Assembly (NCBI RefSeq): GCF_009914755.1
Contig: NC_060927.1
DNA length: 64,000 nt
Reading direction: 5' to 3' (one strand)
From: the human T2T-CHM13v2.0 reference genome, Homo sapiens
In this document: positions 1 through 14,750 of the stretch, one piece after another
How the letters are laid out: every line of letters starts with the position of its first letter
Numbering within the stretch: the stretch's first letter is position 1
Notes under the pieces: model-generated
Told to the model about the DNA's origin: nothing
The model's input: the letters and a program-made list of their open reading frames with translations, nothing else
Databases searched by the model: none
Program-made: the position numbers and the translations under genes

Positions 1-284
1 TTTCAGACTTGTATGGGATCTGTAGACCCTTTGTTTTAACCAATTCCTCCTATTTGGAATGGGTGTATTTACCTAATACCTGTACCTCCATTTTATCTAG
101 GAAGTTACTGACTTGCTTTTGATTTTACAGGCTCAAAGGCAGAAGGGACTTGCCTTGTCTCAGATGAGACTTTTGACTTGGAATTTGGGTTAATGCTAAG
201 CTAAGACTTTGGAGGATTGTTGGAAAGGCATGATTGTGTTTTGAAATGTGAGGACATGAGATTTGGGAGGAGCCAGGGGCAGAA
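1..284 (+). mobile_element. THE1 (MaLR) internal region, 3' end with polypurine tract
   Basis: Typical THE1-int 3' sequence ending GAGATTTGGGAGGAGCCAGGGGCAGAA directly before the LTR start TGATATAGTTTGGC. Confidence 0.85.
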
Positions 285-632
285 TGATATAGTTTGGCTT
301 TGTCTCCACCCATATGTCATCTTGAATCCCCACGTGTGGTGAGAAGGGCCTGGTGGGAGGTAATTGAATCATGTGGGTGATTTTCCCCATGCTATTCTTG
401 TGATAGTGACTAATTTCTCACAAGATCTGATTGTCTTATAAGGGGCTTTCCCCTTCTTCTCCCTCCTGCCACAATGTGAAGAAGGACGTGTTTTCTTCCC
501 CTTCTACCATGATTGTAAGTTTCCTGAGGCCTCCACAGCATTGTAGAACTGTGAGTCAATTAAACCTCTTTCCTTTATAATTTACCCAGTCTTGGGCAGT
601 TCTTTATAGTGCCATGAGAACAGTATAATGCA
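285..632 (+). mobile_element. THE1C/THE1D-like 3' LTR
   Basis: TG...CA termini, ~350 bp, hallmark segments GGTAATTGAATCATG, GTAAGTTTCCTGAGGCCTCC and GAACTGTGAGTCAATTAAACCTCTTTCCTTTATAA. Confidence 0.88.
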
Positions 633-856
633 GCCACAGAGAGTCTATTTTGTCCGTCTAAAGTTCTCTATTTTAACTTTAATGTTGGTCAGTTGTTGTG
701 TATGTACTCCAAAAGAGAGGGGGTATAATGAGGCTAATCTGAATGCCCTTCAGCATATGGCCAGGAATTCAGTTTTTAAGTTTCACTCAGGTCTCCTTGG
801 CTAAGAGGGAGCTGGTTCAGTTGGTAGGGGTCTGAGAATTTTATTTTTGGTTTACA
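633..856 (-). mobile_element. MER4-group (MER4B/C/D-like) LTR 5' portion, probably interrupted by the THE1 element
   Basis: Reverse strand begins TGTAAACCAAAAATAAAATTCTCAGACCCC, the recalled MER4-group LTR start. Confidence 0.6.
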
Positions 857-1982
857 CCACTTATGGTAAAATAAAAAAGGAGACAGATTGGGAAAGAGGC
901 TTTTGCAGGGAGTTACCCTGCTGGTCTGATCTTCTTACTATGCTGCTGTTCAGACAGATTTTCTTCTTCCTTCTTGTCAATTTGCCAACTTTGCTCAAAA
1001 AGGAAGTTTGATCTGACTTTTAATGTTACTATGAAAAGAACTTTGTTTTATATTACAGAAAAAATTGCTCTAATATTAAAAGATTAATCCCTTTTGCCTC
1101 TAAACATATGATTAACCATAAATTATCACACTAGACCTGATCACGTCTTTCAAAAGCCTATTAAAAAACAAATTAACCTTTTCTCTCTAGGCTGAACTCT
1201 CTTGTTAATATGAAAATCAGGAGTAATTCAGGGCTCTTAGCTTTTGTTATCCCAGCCATATTCCTTTGTGTTTTTCAAGTTGAGTTGTGACTGGAGAGTG
1301 AGTCATACCAGCTTAATTAATTTAGTTAAGAACCAATTAAAAGCAGCATTTTGTGCATGAGAAAGCTTGCCTGTAATGTTTTGAATTTCGACAGGAGTTT
1401 CCTCATTATTCCACCTTCTATATATATGGCTTGTACCTTAGTGGAAGAAAGGAAAAGATACTTCCTTACTGAGTAAGATATTTCTTAATTTGTCATCGTA
1501 AGTGAATTCATATGAGTTTTCAGTTTTAAGGAAGGCACAATTTACATTTAGTCTCATAAATATATACCATACAACAAAAATATTACCAAGGTTTCTTATT
1601 GTTATAGCAGTTTGTCTAGGTTTATGAATAAGTAACTCATACATTGTCTTTCTCCAGTAAACTAAATGATATAAACCAGCACTACAGAAAGAAGATTAAA
1701 TGGAGGTCCATTCTTTCTGTATCTTTCCCACCCCATTAATTTGGAATGAAACAATATGACATAGTGTAATTTAAAAGTACTGTGGTCTAAAAGTAGTGGG
1801 GTCTTCAGATGCTTGCCTTCTGGAAGCAGATGTTATTTAGACAAAGCACTGGCACATAAGTCTCTTTATCAAGTTCTGTAGGTCCCTGTATGTTACATGT
1901 ACTTGTGTATGGGTAAATCTGGCACATGGATAGTATATACTAGGAAAGAGTGAGAGAAGTATCAGAATTGGCTTATCTAAGG

Positions 1983-2217
1983 CAGATGTCAGCAAATGTT
2001 TTCTGTAAAGGGAAAGATAGTAAGTAGTTTAGGCTTTGAGGACCAGAAGTTCCTGTTTCTGGTCTCTGTTACAACCAATTAACTCTGCAGTAGTAACATG
2101 ACAATAGCTATTGACGATACATAAACTAATGGACAAGATTGTGCTGCAATAAAACATTATTTACATAACAGAACAAATACTGAATTTGGCCTAGAGGCTA
2201 TGGCTCGCCAACCCCTG
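1983..2217. mobile_element. MER58A hAT-Charlie MITE
   Basis: CAGATGTCAGCAAA...GCTCGCCAACCCCTG degenerate TIRs; internal TTTTCTGTAAAGGG, GGTCTCTGTTACAAC and CAATAAAACATTATTTAC match MER58A. Confidence 0.85.
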
Positions 2218-3007
2218 ATGTAGTATGTGGTGATGGCACTGACACTTATTGGGTAGGCAAGACATTTACCAATCTGGGGCTCAGTTTCCTCATCCTAAAA
2301 TGAGGACGTTAGATTAAGAAAGGCAGAAGCGTGTTTTAGTTCACACAGAGAGTTGGTTTCTAAAAAATATCCCCAGGCATAGCTACAGGATCAGGCAGGT
2401 GATTCTTCAATATCCTCCTTTTAAAAATCTTAATTAGAGATAATATAAGAACTTCTTTCTTTGCATATGGTTGTTTTCTAAAGATAGAGAACTGAGAGCT
2501 ATTTTGACTGTTAGTCTGTTTTGCATTGCTATAAAAAAAAACACACCTGAGCCTGTGTCATTTATTTAAAAAAAAAAGGTTTATTTGGCTCACAGTTCTG
2601 CAGGCTGTGCAATAAGCATAATACCAGCATCTGCTTATGGTAAAGGACTCAAGAAGCTTTCACTCATGGTGAAATGTGAAGGGCAGGCATGTCATATGGC
2701 AAGAGAGGCAGCAAGGGAGAGAGGAGGAGGTACCAGGGTCCTTTAAACAGCCAGCTCTCATGTGACCTAACAGAATGAGAACTTAGTCATTACCATGGGG
2801 AGGGCACCAAGCCATCCATGAGGGATTCTAACCCATGACTGAAGCACCTCCCACCAGGCCCCACCTGAACATTGGGGATTACATTTCAACATGAGATTTG
2901 GAGAGGACACACATCCAAATCATACCATTCCACCTCTGGCCCCCCAAATCTCATGTCCTAACATTGCAAAATATAATTATCTCTTCTCAATAGTTCCCCA
3001 AAGTCTT

Positions 3008-3316
<309 letters not shown>

Positions 3317-4472
3317 TTACAGCATTAACTAAAAAATCAAAAGTCTCATTTGTCTCATTTGAGACTCAAGGCATGTTTCTTCTACCTATGAACCTATAAG
3401 ATTAAAAAAACAAGTATTTACTTCCAAGATACAGTAGTGGTACCAGTATTGGGTAAAAATTCCCATTCCAAAAGGCAGAAATCAGCCAAAAGACAGGGGC
3501 AATAGGCCACATGCAAGTCCAAAACCCAGCAGGACATGCATTAAACCTTAAAGCTCTGAAATAATCCTTGACTCCATGTCTCATATCCTTGGTATATTGG
3601 TGTAAGGGGTGGGCTCTCAAGACCTTAGGCAGCTCTGCCCCTGTGGCTTTTACAGTGTATATTCCCCATGGCTGCTTGCAAAGGTTGGAGCTGAGTGCCT
3701 TTAGCTTTTCCAGGCTCAGGATACAAGCTGCCATTTTCTCCACTGTTCTGGAGCCTGGAGGGCAGTGGCTACCTTCCCATAGCTCCACTAGGCAGTGCCC
3801 TGATGGGGACTCTTTGTGGGTTCTTCAACTTTACATCTTCCCTCAGCACTGCCTTAGTAGAAGTAGAAGCTCTATGATAGGGTTTCCTCCCTGCAGCAGG
3901 CTTTTGCCTGGGCACCCAGGTTTTCCCATACATCCTCTGAAATCCAGCTAGAAGCTGCCAAGCCTCCTTCACTCATGCATTCTGCACACCTGTAGGGTTA
4001 ACACCACATGGAAGCAGCCAAGGGTTATGGTGACCTTAAGAATGGAAGCCTGAGCTATGTCTGTGGCCCTTTGAGCTGAGGCTGGAGTTGGAGTGGTCTT
4101 GATGCAGGGAACAGTGTCCTGAAGCTGTGTATAGCAACAGGGCGTTGGTCTTGGCCCCCATAATGACTTTTTCCTTCTCAGCCTCTGAGCCTGTAATAAA
4201 AGGGGCTGCCTCAAACATCCCTGAAATGTCTTCAAAGTCTTTTCTCTATTGCCTTGGCTATTAGTACTTGGCTCATTTTTAGTCATGCTAACCAGTATAG
4301 GAAGTGGTCGCCCTGCAGCCCTCTTGTATTCCTTTCCTGAAAATGCTTTTTTCTTTTCTATCACATGGCCAGGCTGCAGATTTTACAAACTTGTACACTC
4401 TGCTTCCCTTTTAAATATCAGTTTCAATGTTAGGTCATTTCTTTGTGCCTACATCTGATTATAAGTTGTTAG

Positions 4473-4803
<331 letters not shown>

Positions 4804-7800
4804 AGTCTTCCATACATCTTTAGGTCATGGACACAATGCAGTGAAGTTCTTTGCTAAGGTTTAAGAAGGGTGACCTTTGCATCAGTTCCCAATAAATCCC
4901 TCATTTCCATCTGCAACCTTGTTAGCCTGGCCTTCACTGTTCATATTTCTATCAGCATTTTAGTCAAAAGCATTTAACCAGTCTCTAAGAAGTTCCTAAC
5001 ATTCCCTCACCTTCCTGTCTTCTTCTGACCCCTCCAAACTCCATCTAACCTCTACTCATTACCCAGTTCTAAAGTTGGTTCTGCATTTTCAATTCAATTA
5101 TAGCAATGTCCCACAATTCAGTACCAATTTTCTGTGTTAGTCTGTTTTGTGTTGCTATAAAAAAAATACCTGAGGCTGAGTAACTTATAAACAAAAGAGT
5201 TTTATGTGGCTCATGGTTCTTCAGGCTGTACAAGAGGCATAGTGCCAGCATCTGCTTCTTTTTAGGGCCTCAGGAAGCTCCCACTCATGACAAAAGGTGA
5301 AGGGAGAGCGGGCATATCAATCTCATGGTGAGAAAGGGAGCAAGAGAGAGGGGAGGAAGTACCAGCCTCCATTAAACAATGGACTGAACTATCAGAATGA
5401 GAAACTCAGTCATTACCATGGGGAGGACACAAAGCCATTCACGTGGGATCTGCCCCTGTGACCCAAACATATCCCACCAGACCTCACCTCCACCACTGAG
5501 GATCACATATCAACATGAGATTTGGAGGAGACATACATCCAAACCATATCAATGACATTAATTATATGGTCTCTGGAAACTACTCTGTTAAAGGAAGAAG
5601 TTAAATATAACACTAGAAAAATTTTGAAGAACCATATGCTTTTGAGTTAGAAATGGACTTTTTAAACTTACAGAAGAGAATTTGAATATTAGAGGCACAA
5701 ATGCTGGTAGAAAACCACAAGACTAGAAGACATAAATGCTGGTAGAAAAAACTGGATTCCATGAAAGCTTTTTTTTTTTTTGAGAGTATAAAACTTCACT
5801 GGAAAAATTATCTCTGCTGGAATACCTCATTACCCAGCAATGTAGAATAAATGGGGCATTGCTCACTATTGATTTGCCTCCATAGCCTCTGTAACTAAAT
5901 GTGGCCTAAGGCAGTTCTGCAAACAGGAGGATTCCTGAATATTTAATTGTTGCTTGAATAATTTTTCATTATCATTACTCAGGGATCAGAGTTTCTTCTT
6001 ATACTTGATATTACTTTAGTAAATGTACACACTGAGAGTAATTCTACTGCAGTTTGACTTGAAACTATAAGTATACAAGTAATCAGTTCTCAAAAAATAA
6101 ACTTGATTTAAGTTTTTAAGTGCATATATTTCATTCATTTTTAGTGTCCCTTTTCACCATTACTTTGAACAGTATCCTTAATGAAGTTCCCTCTCATATC
6201 TCTGAATAACTATGATTCTATATACTATATCTGCAGGTCTCCACATGAGATGGAACTATTTTCAATTAGATTATTTAAATATTGGTTCTACTGGAGTCCA
6301 TGCATAGAATTCTTTTACCCTAGGCTTTTAGTTTTCCTTAAACATAAGACTTGCTATTAAAATGCTTTCAAGGAACATGAGAGTTAGTTATATAATTTGA
6401 TTTATTGAATTATCCTTGTCAAAGTTGCATATGTAAAAACAAGTCAAAATTTGGTTATTACAGACTTTTCCAGATGAATAAACACTGCATGATGTTTTTA
6501 TGTCACACTATAAGGAGATACAGAGAATAACTTAATTACATGAATACCCAGTGGCATGCATTTTGGATAAGTTTTTGTGTGACTAAATTCCATGAGCCAC
6601 AAAGTCTAGTTCACTTTCCCCATTCCCTATTATAAAATTTAATGTTATTGCCACTTTGTCGGATAACTGTCTTAGCCAAATGCAAATTCCTACTCTACCA
6701 AAAGAATTTCCTCATTGTAACTATTAGTTATCTTGCTGAAGTCTTCTGTCTGTGAGCACTTTAACTGATAATGCTTGAAGAATTGAGACACATTAAAAAT
6801 ATCTATTCAATCTTGTTTTAAAATTTATACTACTATTCAATGGCTAGGCTACCACATATGTAAAACTCCAATTTTTAATAAAGTCCAGAAGTATTACAAA
6901 ATATGGAAGAAGTTCAAATATTGGGTGAAGATTTTTATCTCTGTAAAGAATATAAAGTTATTTGAATGCTCATTTAGGTTTTTGTTTCAGATGGTCTAAA
7001 CTTTTTCAAACTGTTTAGTCTAATTTTGTAAGAATTTATGACAGTTCCTTGAAGACTTAAAAATTCTATGAGATAGTATACTATAAGACAAAATATTTTA
7101 TATATACATACAACATCAAAATTCAATCTAGCGGACAAGTAGAAGATAGAATAGTGAAATAGTCGAGGCAAAGGGAGAAAATTCTCATTGATATTTGTTG
7201 AGGAATGTCCATGGTATTGTCTATTAAAGCAAATATATTTTAATTTACAAGTATATTGTACATTGTTCATTCTTTCTCCCATTCGTAAAGGGTATTTATG
7301 TTTGCCTGATTTTAATATTTAAAAGTAGATCATATAATAATTAGTGTCTTATATTTTAATATATCTATAAATAAACCATTTTCATCGCTTCAGAAATTTT
7401 AATAATATAGTATTTGAAAGAGGAATGACAATAAAATGAAGAAAAAGAGTGATTTAAAATTTTTATCTCCTAGATTTCTCCAACTTTATAGTGTTATTGT
7501 GTGTGTGTCTCTGTATGTCTATATGTTAATATTTTTTGAAGTTTTTAGCTGGCAATCTGTAAGTACGATTGGATGAACCCAAAACTCTAATAGCCATAAA
7601 TGGAGAGCACCAAAAGCACAGTGAGATTTACATGCTTGATCTTAAAGAAAAAAACTAAGAAGTCTGAGAAAAATATTATCTGTTAGGAAAGAAATTATTT
7701 CCATTGGAGTGTATCCTTTAAAAAAGTATGTTTATACTCTCTATTAAAATTGTTCATCACCAATGCTCTTTGGGATTGTATCACCCAGAAAAAGCAATGC

Positions 7801-8519
7801 TTAAGGCAAAAGCTTGAAGATTTTCTTAGCAAGAAAAAAGCACTATGATGTTTTCAAAGAAAATACAGAATGTTTCTCTAATAAGCGCATTAATAATTTG
7901 CAAATATGTTGTCACATTTAGGGCAACAATTTATAGTACATTTCTCCGTAAGTATAAGAATATCTGCATTAATTTAAGGAAAACATAAAGAAGAAATAGA
8001 CTAAGCAAAATTGCTTGTTGAAACAGTTTTAAATTTAAGACTTAGTTGATTCAATTCTTATACTGAATATGTGTTGACAGCTTTTCATAAACTATTCAGT
8101 CATATTAGTTCACACATATGCTCATATTTGAATTCAGCTTATTGAGTTATTTTAGGTCTCTTTTTGTTCCTTTTTGTTGCTATAAACAGGTAGTTGGTTC
8201 ATCACTCAATTCCATTTTAAATTTACATAAGAAAAACTTGCTTATAAGCAATTCAGAGTATTTTACATGTTAACATATATTACCATGTCACAGAGTAAAC
8301 TATTCAATTTTAGTCATTATCATCATCATTATCATTGACACTGCTAGTAGGATTACTGCTGTAATGATTATTCCTGCCATTTTTGGAAGGCATTTTAAAT
8401 ACTGTGTGTGAGATATACACTAGGAAAACTGGTTGCAAGTGTCACAAACAATTCACACAAGATTTAGCAGAAGTAATGCATACTGAAAGGATATCAGTAT
8501 TGAGTGAAATATACTTGAT

Positions 8520-8665
8520 TGTGAAGAGCTGAATCAAGTCTTCACTCTTCCACTTGCTTTCCGTATGACCTCAGACAAGTTACATGACCTCTCTGTGCTC
8601 CTCTGTAGAGTTGAAATATTTATATCTCCTACTTCATAAGGTTATTGTGACCAGTAAATAATTTT
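8520..8665 (+). mobile_element. MIR fragment
   Basis: GTATGACCTCAGACAAGTTACATGACCTCTCTGTGCTC and CCTACTTCATAAGGTTATTGTGA resemble the MIR core. Confidence 0.6.
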
Positions 8666-8879
8666 TTAAAAATCTAGAACAAACCCTACTGTTCAGTGAC
8701 ATCCGATTGCTTATAATACGTTACTGTTGATATTGCGATTGTCCTTATTAAGGCATTTCCAAATCAAAGGGAAAGTATGCAGGTGGTCCTCAAAAAGGAA
8801 CGGAGGCTCAAGGATGATATGAAAAATACAGGAAGCCCTCTCTTTCTGTCTCCCACTCTGTATCACTCTGCACATTTAT

Positions 8880-9020
8880 AGTAATCTAGTGGATATTATT
8901 ATTTCCATTTTAAAACTGGAAAATCTAAAGCTTAGAGAGGCAAAATATTTTCCCAAGTTCACACAGTAAGTGCCATAGATATGATTTTTAAATCCAGTTG
9001 ATATAACTCCAAGTCCATTA
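8880..9020 (-). mobile_element. MIR fragment
   Basis: ATTATTATTTCCATTTT...AAAGCTTAGAGAGG...TTCCCAAGTTCACACAG is an antisense MIR core. Confidence 0.6.
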
Positions 9021-9624
9021 TACTAAATGCCGTAGTAGACATTAACTAAGATTATGGAAACCATTTTTAGGTACTGTCAAGTGATGATTTATGTAGTTTT
9101 TGAATTGGTTAATTTTGAATAAATCTATAAGCACTTACAGGTTCTATGATCAGATCTCCATAAGTATAACATTCAATTTATTTGTTTTTTCAGGAAGGGA
9201 GATGGATTTGCATCAATGCAAATCATTACCTAAAATATACTTCATTACCTAAAATAATGAAGTATATGAGGCTTTTGAAACTGAACACACATTGTCCACT
9301 ATATTAAAACCATGTGATCTACCTTATTAATCTAAAAAGGCTAGGATACAGGAAACTGATAAACTAGTTAATGAAGGCATTACCATCAGAGAAATAACTG
9401 CAACAAAATGATTCCTGGCACCATTGACAATGGGCAAAAGGAATGGAAATATTAAAAACTATGAAGTGACCTGTCAGAGTTTTTAATGAAAATAAAGAAA
9501 AATATAAATTTAGAACTTCTCAGGAGTGGCTCTAGGACAAATTTTTTTAAATTTAGTCTTAGGAAAATATTGAAAAGGGTGTAAGTCTAGTAGACTCTTT
9601 ATGTTCTAGAAGAAGACATATGAT

Positions 9625-10094
9625 TATATTAGCCAGAATACTCCTCGAAGAACAAAATAGATACAAATAGATTTATTATGAGCTATTGGCTTATGCAATT
9701 ATAGAAGCTGAAAAGTCCCTGAATCTACTGTCTGCAAGCTAGAAACCCTGGAAAGCCGGGGTTCTAGATGTAAGGCCTAACAGCTGGAGGGATGATCGTA
9801 TAGATTCCAGAGCCAGAAGGCCTGAGAACCAGGAATGCCAGGGTAAGAGATCTATGTTGCAGCTCAAACAGGAAAGAATTCAACTTTTCTCTACCTTTTT
9901 GTTCTATTCAGGACTTTGATGAATCGAATGATGCCTGTCAACAGTGGAGAGGGCCATCTGCTTTACTCAGCACCAATTCAAATGCTAATCTCTTCCAGAA
10001 ACACCTACACAGACACACTCAAAAAATAATGTTTAACCAGATATCTAAGTGTAACTTGGCTCAATCAAGTCACCACATAAAATTTACCATTACA
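9625..10094 (-). mobile_element. MLT2B-family (ERVL) solo LTR
   Basis: GATTTATTATGAGCTATTGGCTTATGCAATTATAGAAGCTG...GCTAATCTCTTCCAGAAACACC...ATAAAATTTACCATTACA is the antisense MLT2 pattern. Confidence 0.8.
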
Positions 10095-10340
10095 ATGGAT
10101 TTCTCAATAATTATGTCTAAATCATTGGAAAAACTTGAAATCAGCTCATTTATTAGATGGCAGCTTCTTGATGACACAAGGAATGATTCTCACTGATATG
10201 ATTTGAGGATTGTGGGGCAAAGACCTTCTCATGCTTACTTTTTCCCCTGGTGCCTCCTACAGCGATAGTGAACAAAATGAAGATTAGTTACTTTCTGGTT
10301 AATTGTAAATTACGTTGTGGCAATTATATACTAGAAATCT

Positions 10341-10476
10341 TTCTTTTTTTTTTTTTAAGAGATGGGGGTTTCACTACATTGCCCAGGTTAATCTTGAACT
10401 CCCGTCCTCAAGCAATTTTCCAGCTTCAGCCTCTGAGACTGCTAGGATTATAGACGTGAGCCACCATGACTGGTCC
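10341..10476 (-). mobile_element. FLAM (free left Alu monomer)
   Basis: Poly-T followed by a single ~125-bp Alu left arm; degenerate TSD AGAAATC/AGAACTC. Confidence 0.85.
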
Positions 10477-10617
10477 AGAACTCGGTTACAATACAAACTT
10501 TATCATGCTGATTGAGTCCATTTAAGTTAATACACTTACTGGTTTAGGTTTAAAGAATTTGGAGGAAGTACAAATAAATGAAAAGGAAAGCTAAAAGTAT
10601 ATCTTAAAGGAGGACAA

Positions 10618-10973
10618 GTACCTTGGTTTTTCTAGACTGCTGTAAAAAATACCATAGACTGGTTGGCTTATAAACAAAACAAATTTATTTCTCACAGTTC
10701 TGGAGGCTAGGAAGCCTAAGATGAAACCTCCAGCAGAGTCAGTGTCTGATGAAGACCAGATCTCTGGTTTGTAGGTGGGACCTTCTGACGGTGTTTTCAC
10801 ATGGTGGAAGGGGTAAGGCAGCTCTCTGTGACCTCTCTGGTAAGGGCATTAACCTCATTCATGAGGTCTCTGCCATCATGATCTAATCACTTCTCAAAAG
10901 ACCTGCCTCCTACAGTGGTAATTATGTTTTAACATGTAAATTCTGGGGGAACAAAAATATTCAGGTTATAGCA
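10618..10973 (-). mobile_element. MLT1A0-like MaLR solo LTR
   Basis: AAATTTATTTCTCACAGTTCTGGAGGCT, CACATGGTGGAAGGG and a ...ATTCAGGTTATAGCA terminus. Confidence 0.8.
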
Positions 10974-11869
10974 ACAGGAAATTAAAAAATTTGCAGTTAG
11001 GAAATGGACTCTGTTCATTTAGCTTCTTTAATAAAGTATAGTAATTTGCAAGTCCAAGTATAAAATGCATTAAAATTGGCCTGGTAGCACTATAGTGCTT
11101 TCTTTTGTAGTTGTAGAGAATATTTTTGAAAGTATTAACAAATAGGTCGGGAAAATATTAAATATATAGTAATAATATCTATATTTTTTAAAAATTACAT
11201 ATTAGATTTTTAGTAAAGGAATACATATACTTTCTGAATATTGGCAAATACAGGCAAGGAATGCTTTAACTTTCATTTAAACACTGAAAACAAGGAAAAC
11301 AAAGGGGAAATAATAGAAATTAATAATCTTGAAGATTATCAATGAAAAATATATCATTACTTAAATTTATGACAGATTTACTGTTTTATTAGCTAAGTGT
11401 GCTTAGACCGTAAATAAACATATTAAAATTAAAAGTTACTTATTACATTTTAAAATTCCAGTTTTAAATGTATTGATCTATCAAAATTTATCCTGTTATT
11501 TGAAAATCTACTAGCATGTTTTGGTTATGGGACTTGCACTTTTGATCAGTGCTACAAGATTTGGAGATTTAATATTTTAAAATGATTAAATCATATCTAA
11601 GCATATTTAAGCATGTTTAATTATATTTAAAAATACTTTAATGCCATTTCAAATGTTTCTTTAAAATATATGCCAAGTAGAATTTTTTAATGCAAAGATA
11701 CCCTTGAGGTTTTAAAACTTTATTAGCAATTTTACTCAACATGCTTTTATTATCAACTTGGTTCTACTAGAAAGTCTGATATTTCTATATTTTCCTATAA
11801 TTCATTTGCAACTTTTTAAAAATATCTGAAAGTAAACTGAATAGTAGCTTAATATAACCTTATTACTTA

Positions 11870-12260
11870 GTTTTATAGGCTCTACTGTATTCTCCAAAAT
11901 TTATATGCTGAAATCCTAATCCTTAGTACCTCAGAATGTAACACTTTTTGGAGACAGACTCTTTAAAGAGGTAAGTAAATTAAGCAAGGCCATTAAGGTG
12001 AGCCCTAATTTAATGACTTGTATTCTTATGAAAAAAGAAATTTGGACGCAAACATACACAGAAGGAAGATGATGTGAAGACCCAGAGAGAAGACAGCCAT
12101 CTACAAGCCAAGGAGACAGACCTGGAGCAGGTTCGTCCCTTACATCCTTGTTTGTCCATGCCTAGGCTTCCAGTGACCAGAAATGTAAGAAAATAAATAT
12201 CTGTTGTTGAAGCCACCCCATCTGTAGTACATTGTTACATCAGCCCTAGCAAATGAATGC
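11870..12260 (+). mobile_element. MLT1B-like MaLR solo LTR
   Basis: GAAATCCTAATCCTTAGTACCTCAGAATGT, GCCATCTACAAGCCAAGGAG, AATAAATATCTGTTGTTGAAGCCACCC and GCCCTAGCAAATGAATGCA. Confidence 0.8.
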
Positions 12261-12862
12261 ACCTGGAATTTATAGCAACCATAATAATCAAGGGCAGTGG
12301 CACCTAGCAACTTGCATGCATACATTTTAGTAGTTTATGAATAAATTAATCTCTATCTTATGATTGTTCATCACAGATGTCTTATAATGCACAACTTACT
12401 TATCCTTTCACAAGTAGCAGAAACAGAAGAATTGACTATAGATTTTGAGTGCATTGCATATGAATATGTGGTATTGCTAAAAATATTACAGAACATAAAC
12501 AAGGAGTTCCACATCCAGCATGGGAGTGTTAGATCCTATGATGACACCTGCCCCAGTGAAATCAGTAAATATTACTTAAAATAGTGACCACTTAAACTTT
12601 CTGAAAATGGCCCTAAGGGCATACAGCAAGTGAAAAAAACATTTATTCAAGAAAATATGCAAACAGTTGTTAAGAAATGCAAAACTCTGTGTTATTTCAA
12701 CCAAAAACCCACAGCATCCCTTCAACTTCCCAGGTCATTGAGAGAGAAACTCCATATCATCTGCTACAGCCAAAGCAACAGGGTACACTCTCCACCCAAA
12801 TCCCAGTCAGAGGATAATCTTCCTGAGAGGGACAGTTATATAGGAGTTAATAAGAAATTACT

Positions 12863-13212
<350 letters not shown>

Positions 13213-13751
13213 TCATTTCTTTTCTAACAAAAAGTAGCTTGAAACATCAAGCGCAGGCACAGATAAGCAAGCCAGAATTTTGCATAGGTGAATGCTGGCA
13301 TCTATGCCAGAAGCCAGGTATATCTAACATGGTGAATCCCTCTTCCCTTTTCCTTGTCACCATGTGTGCAGTTGCCATGGTGCTGGCCAGGTAAAAGCCC
13401 CATTTGCATAAGAAAAGATTAAGCTGAAATGGACAGCCTCTTCGTGGGCTATGTAAATGGCACACCTGGTCAAACCAATACATTAAGCTTTATGTAAATC
13501 AAACACCACCTCCTCAAGCCTGTCTATACAATCAACCATATCTTGCCCCAAACACAAAACTCACATGGGCACCTCCTTCTGCATGAGGAAGCTCTCTCCT
13601 CTTTTGCCTGTTAAACTTTCCACTCTTAAACTCACTTTGTGTGTGTGTGTTTGTGTGTGTGTGTCTGTGTATGTGTGTCCACATCTTTGTTTTCCTTAAT
13701 GCGAGAGAATGAACCTCAGGTATTTCCCCAGACAATGATGCCACTTCATTT

Positions 13752-13769
13752 TGGGGGCTCATCCAGTAT
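13752..13769 (+). other. Primer-binding site, tRNA-Pro type
   Basis: TGGGGGCTCATCCAGTAT, 15/18 identical to TGGGGGCTCGTCCGGGAT, 3 nt after the 5' LTR end. Confidence 0.88.
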
Positions 13770-14360
13770 CTGAATCAGAATGGAAGTTATAATCATCAGA
13801 GCGAGCAGTGAGTATAGGAGTGAACCTTAACTTTCAACTGTCTTTTCATTTTGAGGCTCTTGGCCTCCAATTAAAATTAAATCAAATCAGTAAGAGGCAT
13901 CCAACAGCCATTTAAATGCTGAAAAGGCAGCTTCCATTCTTAAAGTCTCAGATGTAAGGCTTGCTGGGGAGAACATGGAGAACCCCCCAATACCTATGGG
14001 TCACTAGGCATGTTGGCCATGCTTCAAAACAGTTTCCTTTCACGGAGGACCTAGCCATTATGTGAGGCTGGGAAAGGTGCTAAAGCAACGAAAGAGTTCT
14101 ACACCCTGGTGTTATCCAAAGGCTTCTGGACTAACCCCAACCTTTGACCACCTGACCGGGTGTTGGCAAAAGGGTCTCCAGTTATCCTGTCACAAAATTT
14201 CTTCCTTTCCTATTCATGATTGCCATGTCTCCTATCCTCCTATCCTCTCTGTGTATGCAATGTATGGGAATTATTACAGTTCAGGGAACTAGTACTGTTA
14301 GGAAAAATTAGCAAATGCTGTAGTAACTGGGAATCCTATCTATTTTCTGTGATTCTCTAG

Positions 14361-14750
<390 letters not shown>

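Noticed and set aside
440-480. Possible PRDM9 13-mer in the THE1 LTR
   Set aside because: CTCCCTCCTGCCAC does not fit CCNCCNTNNCCNC.
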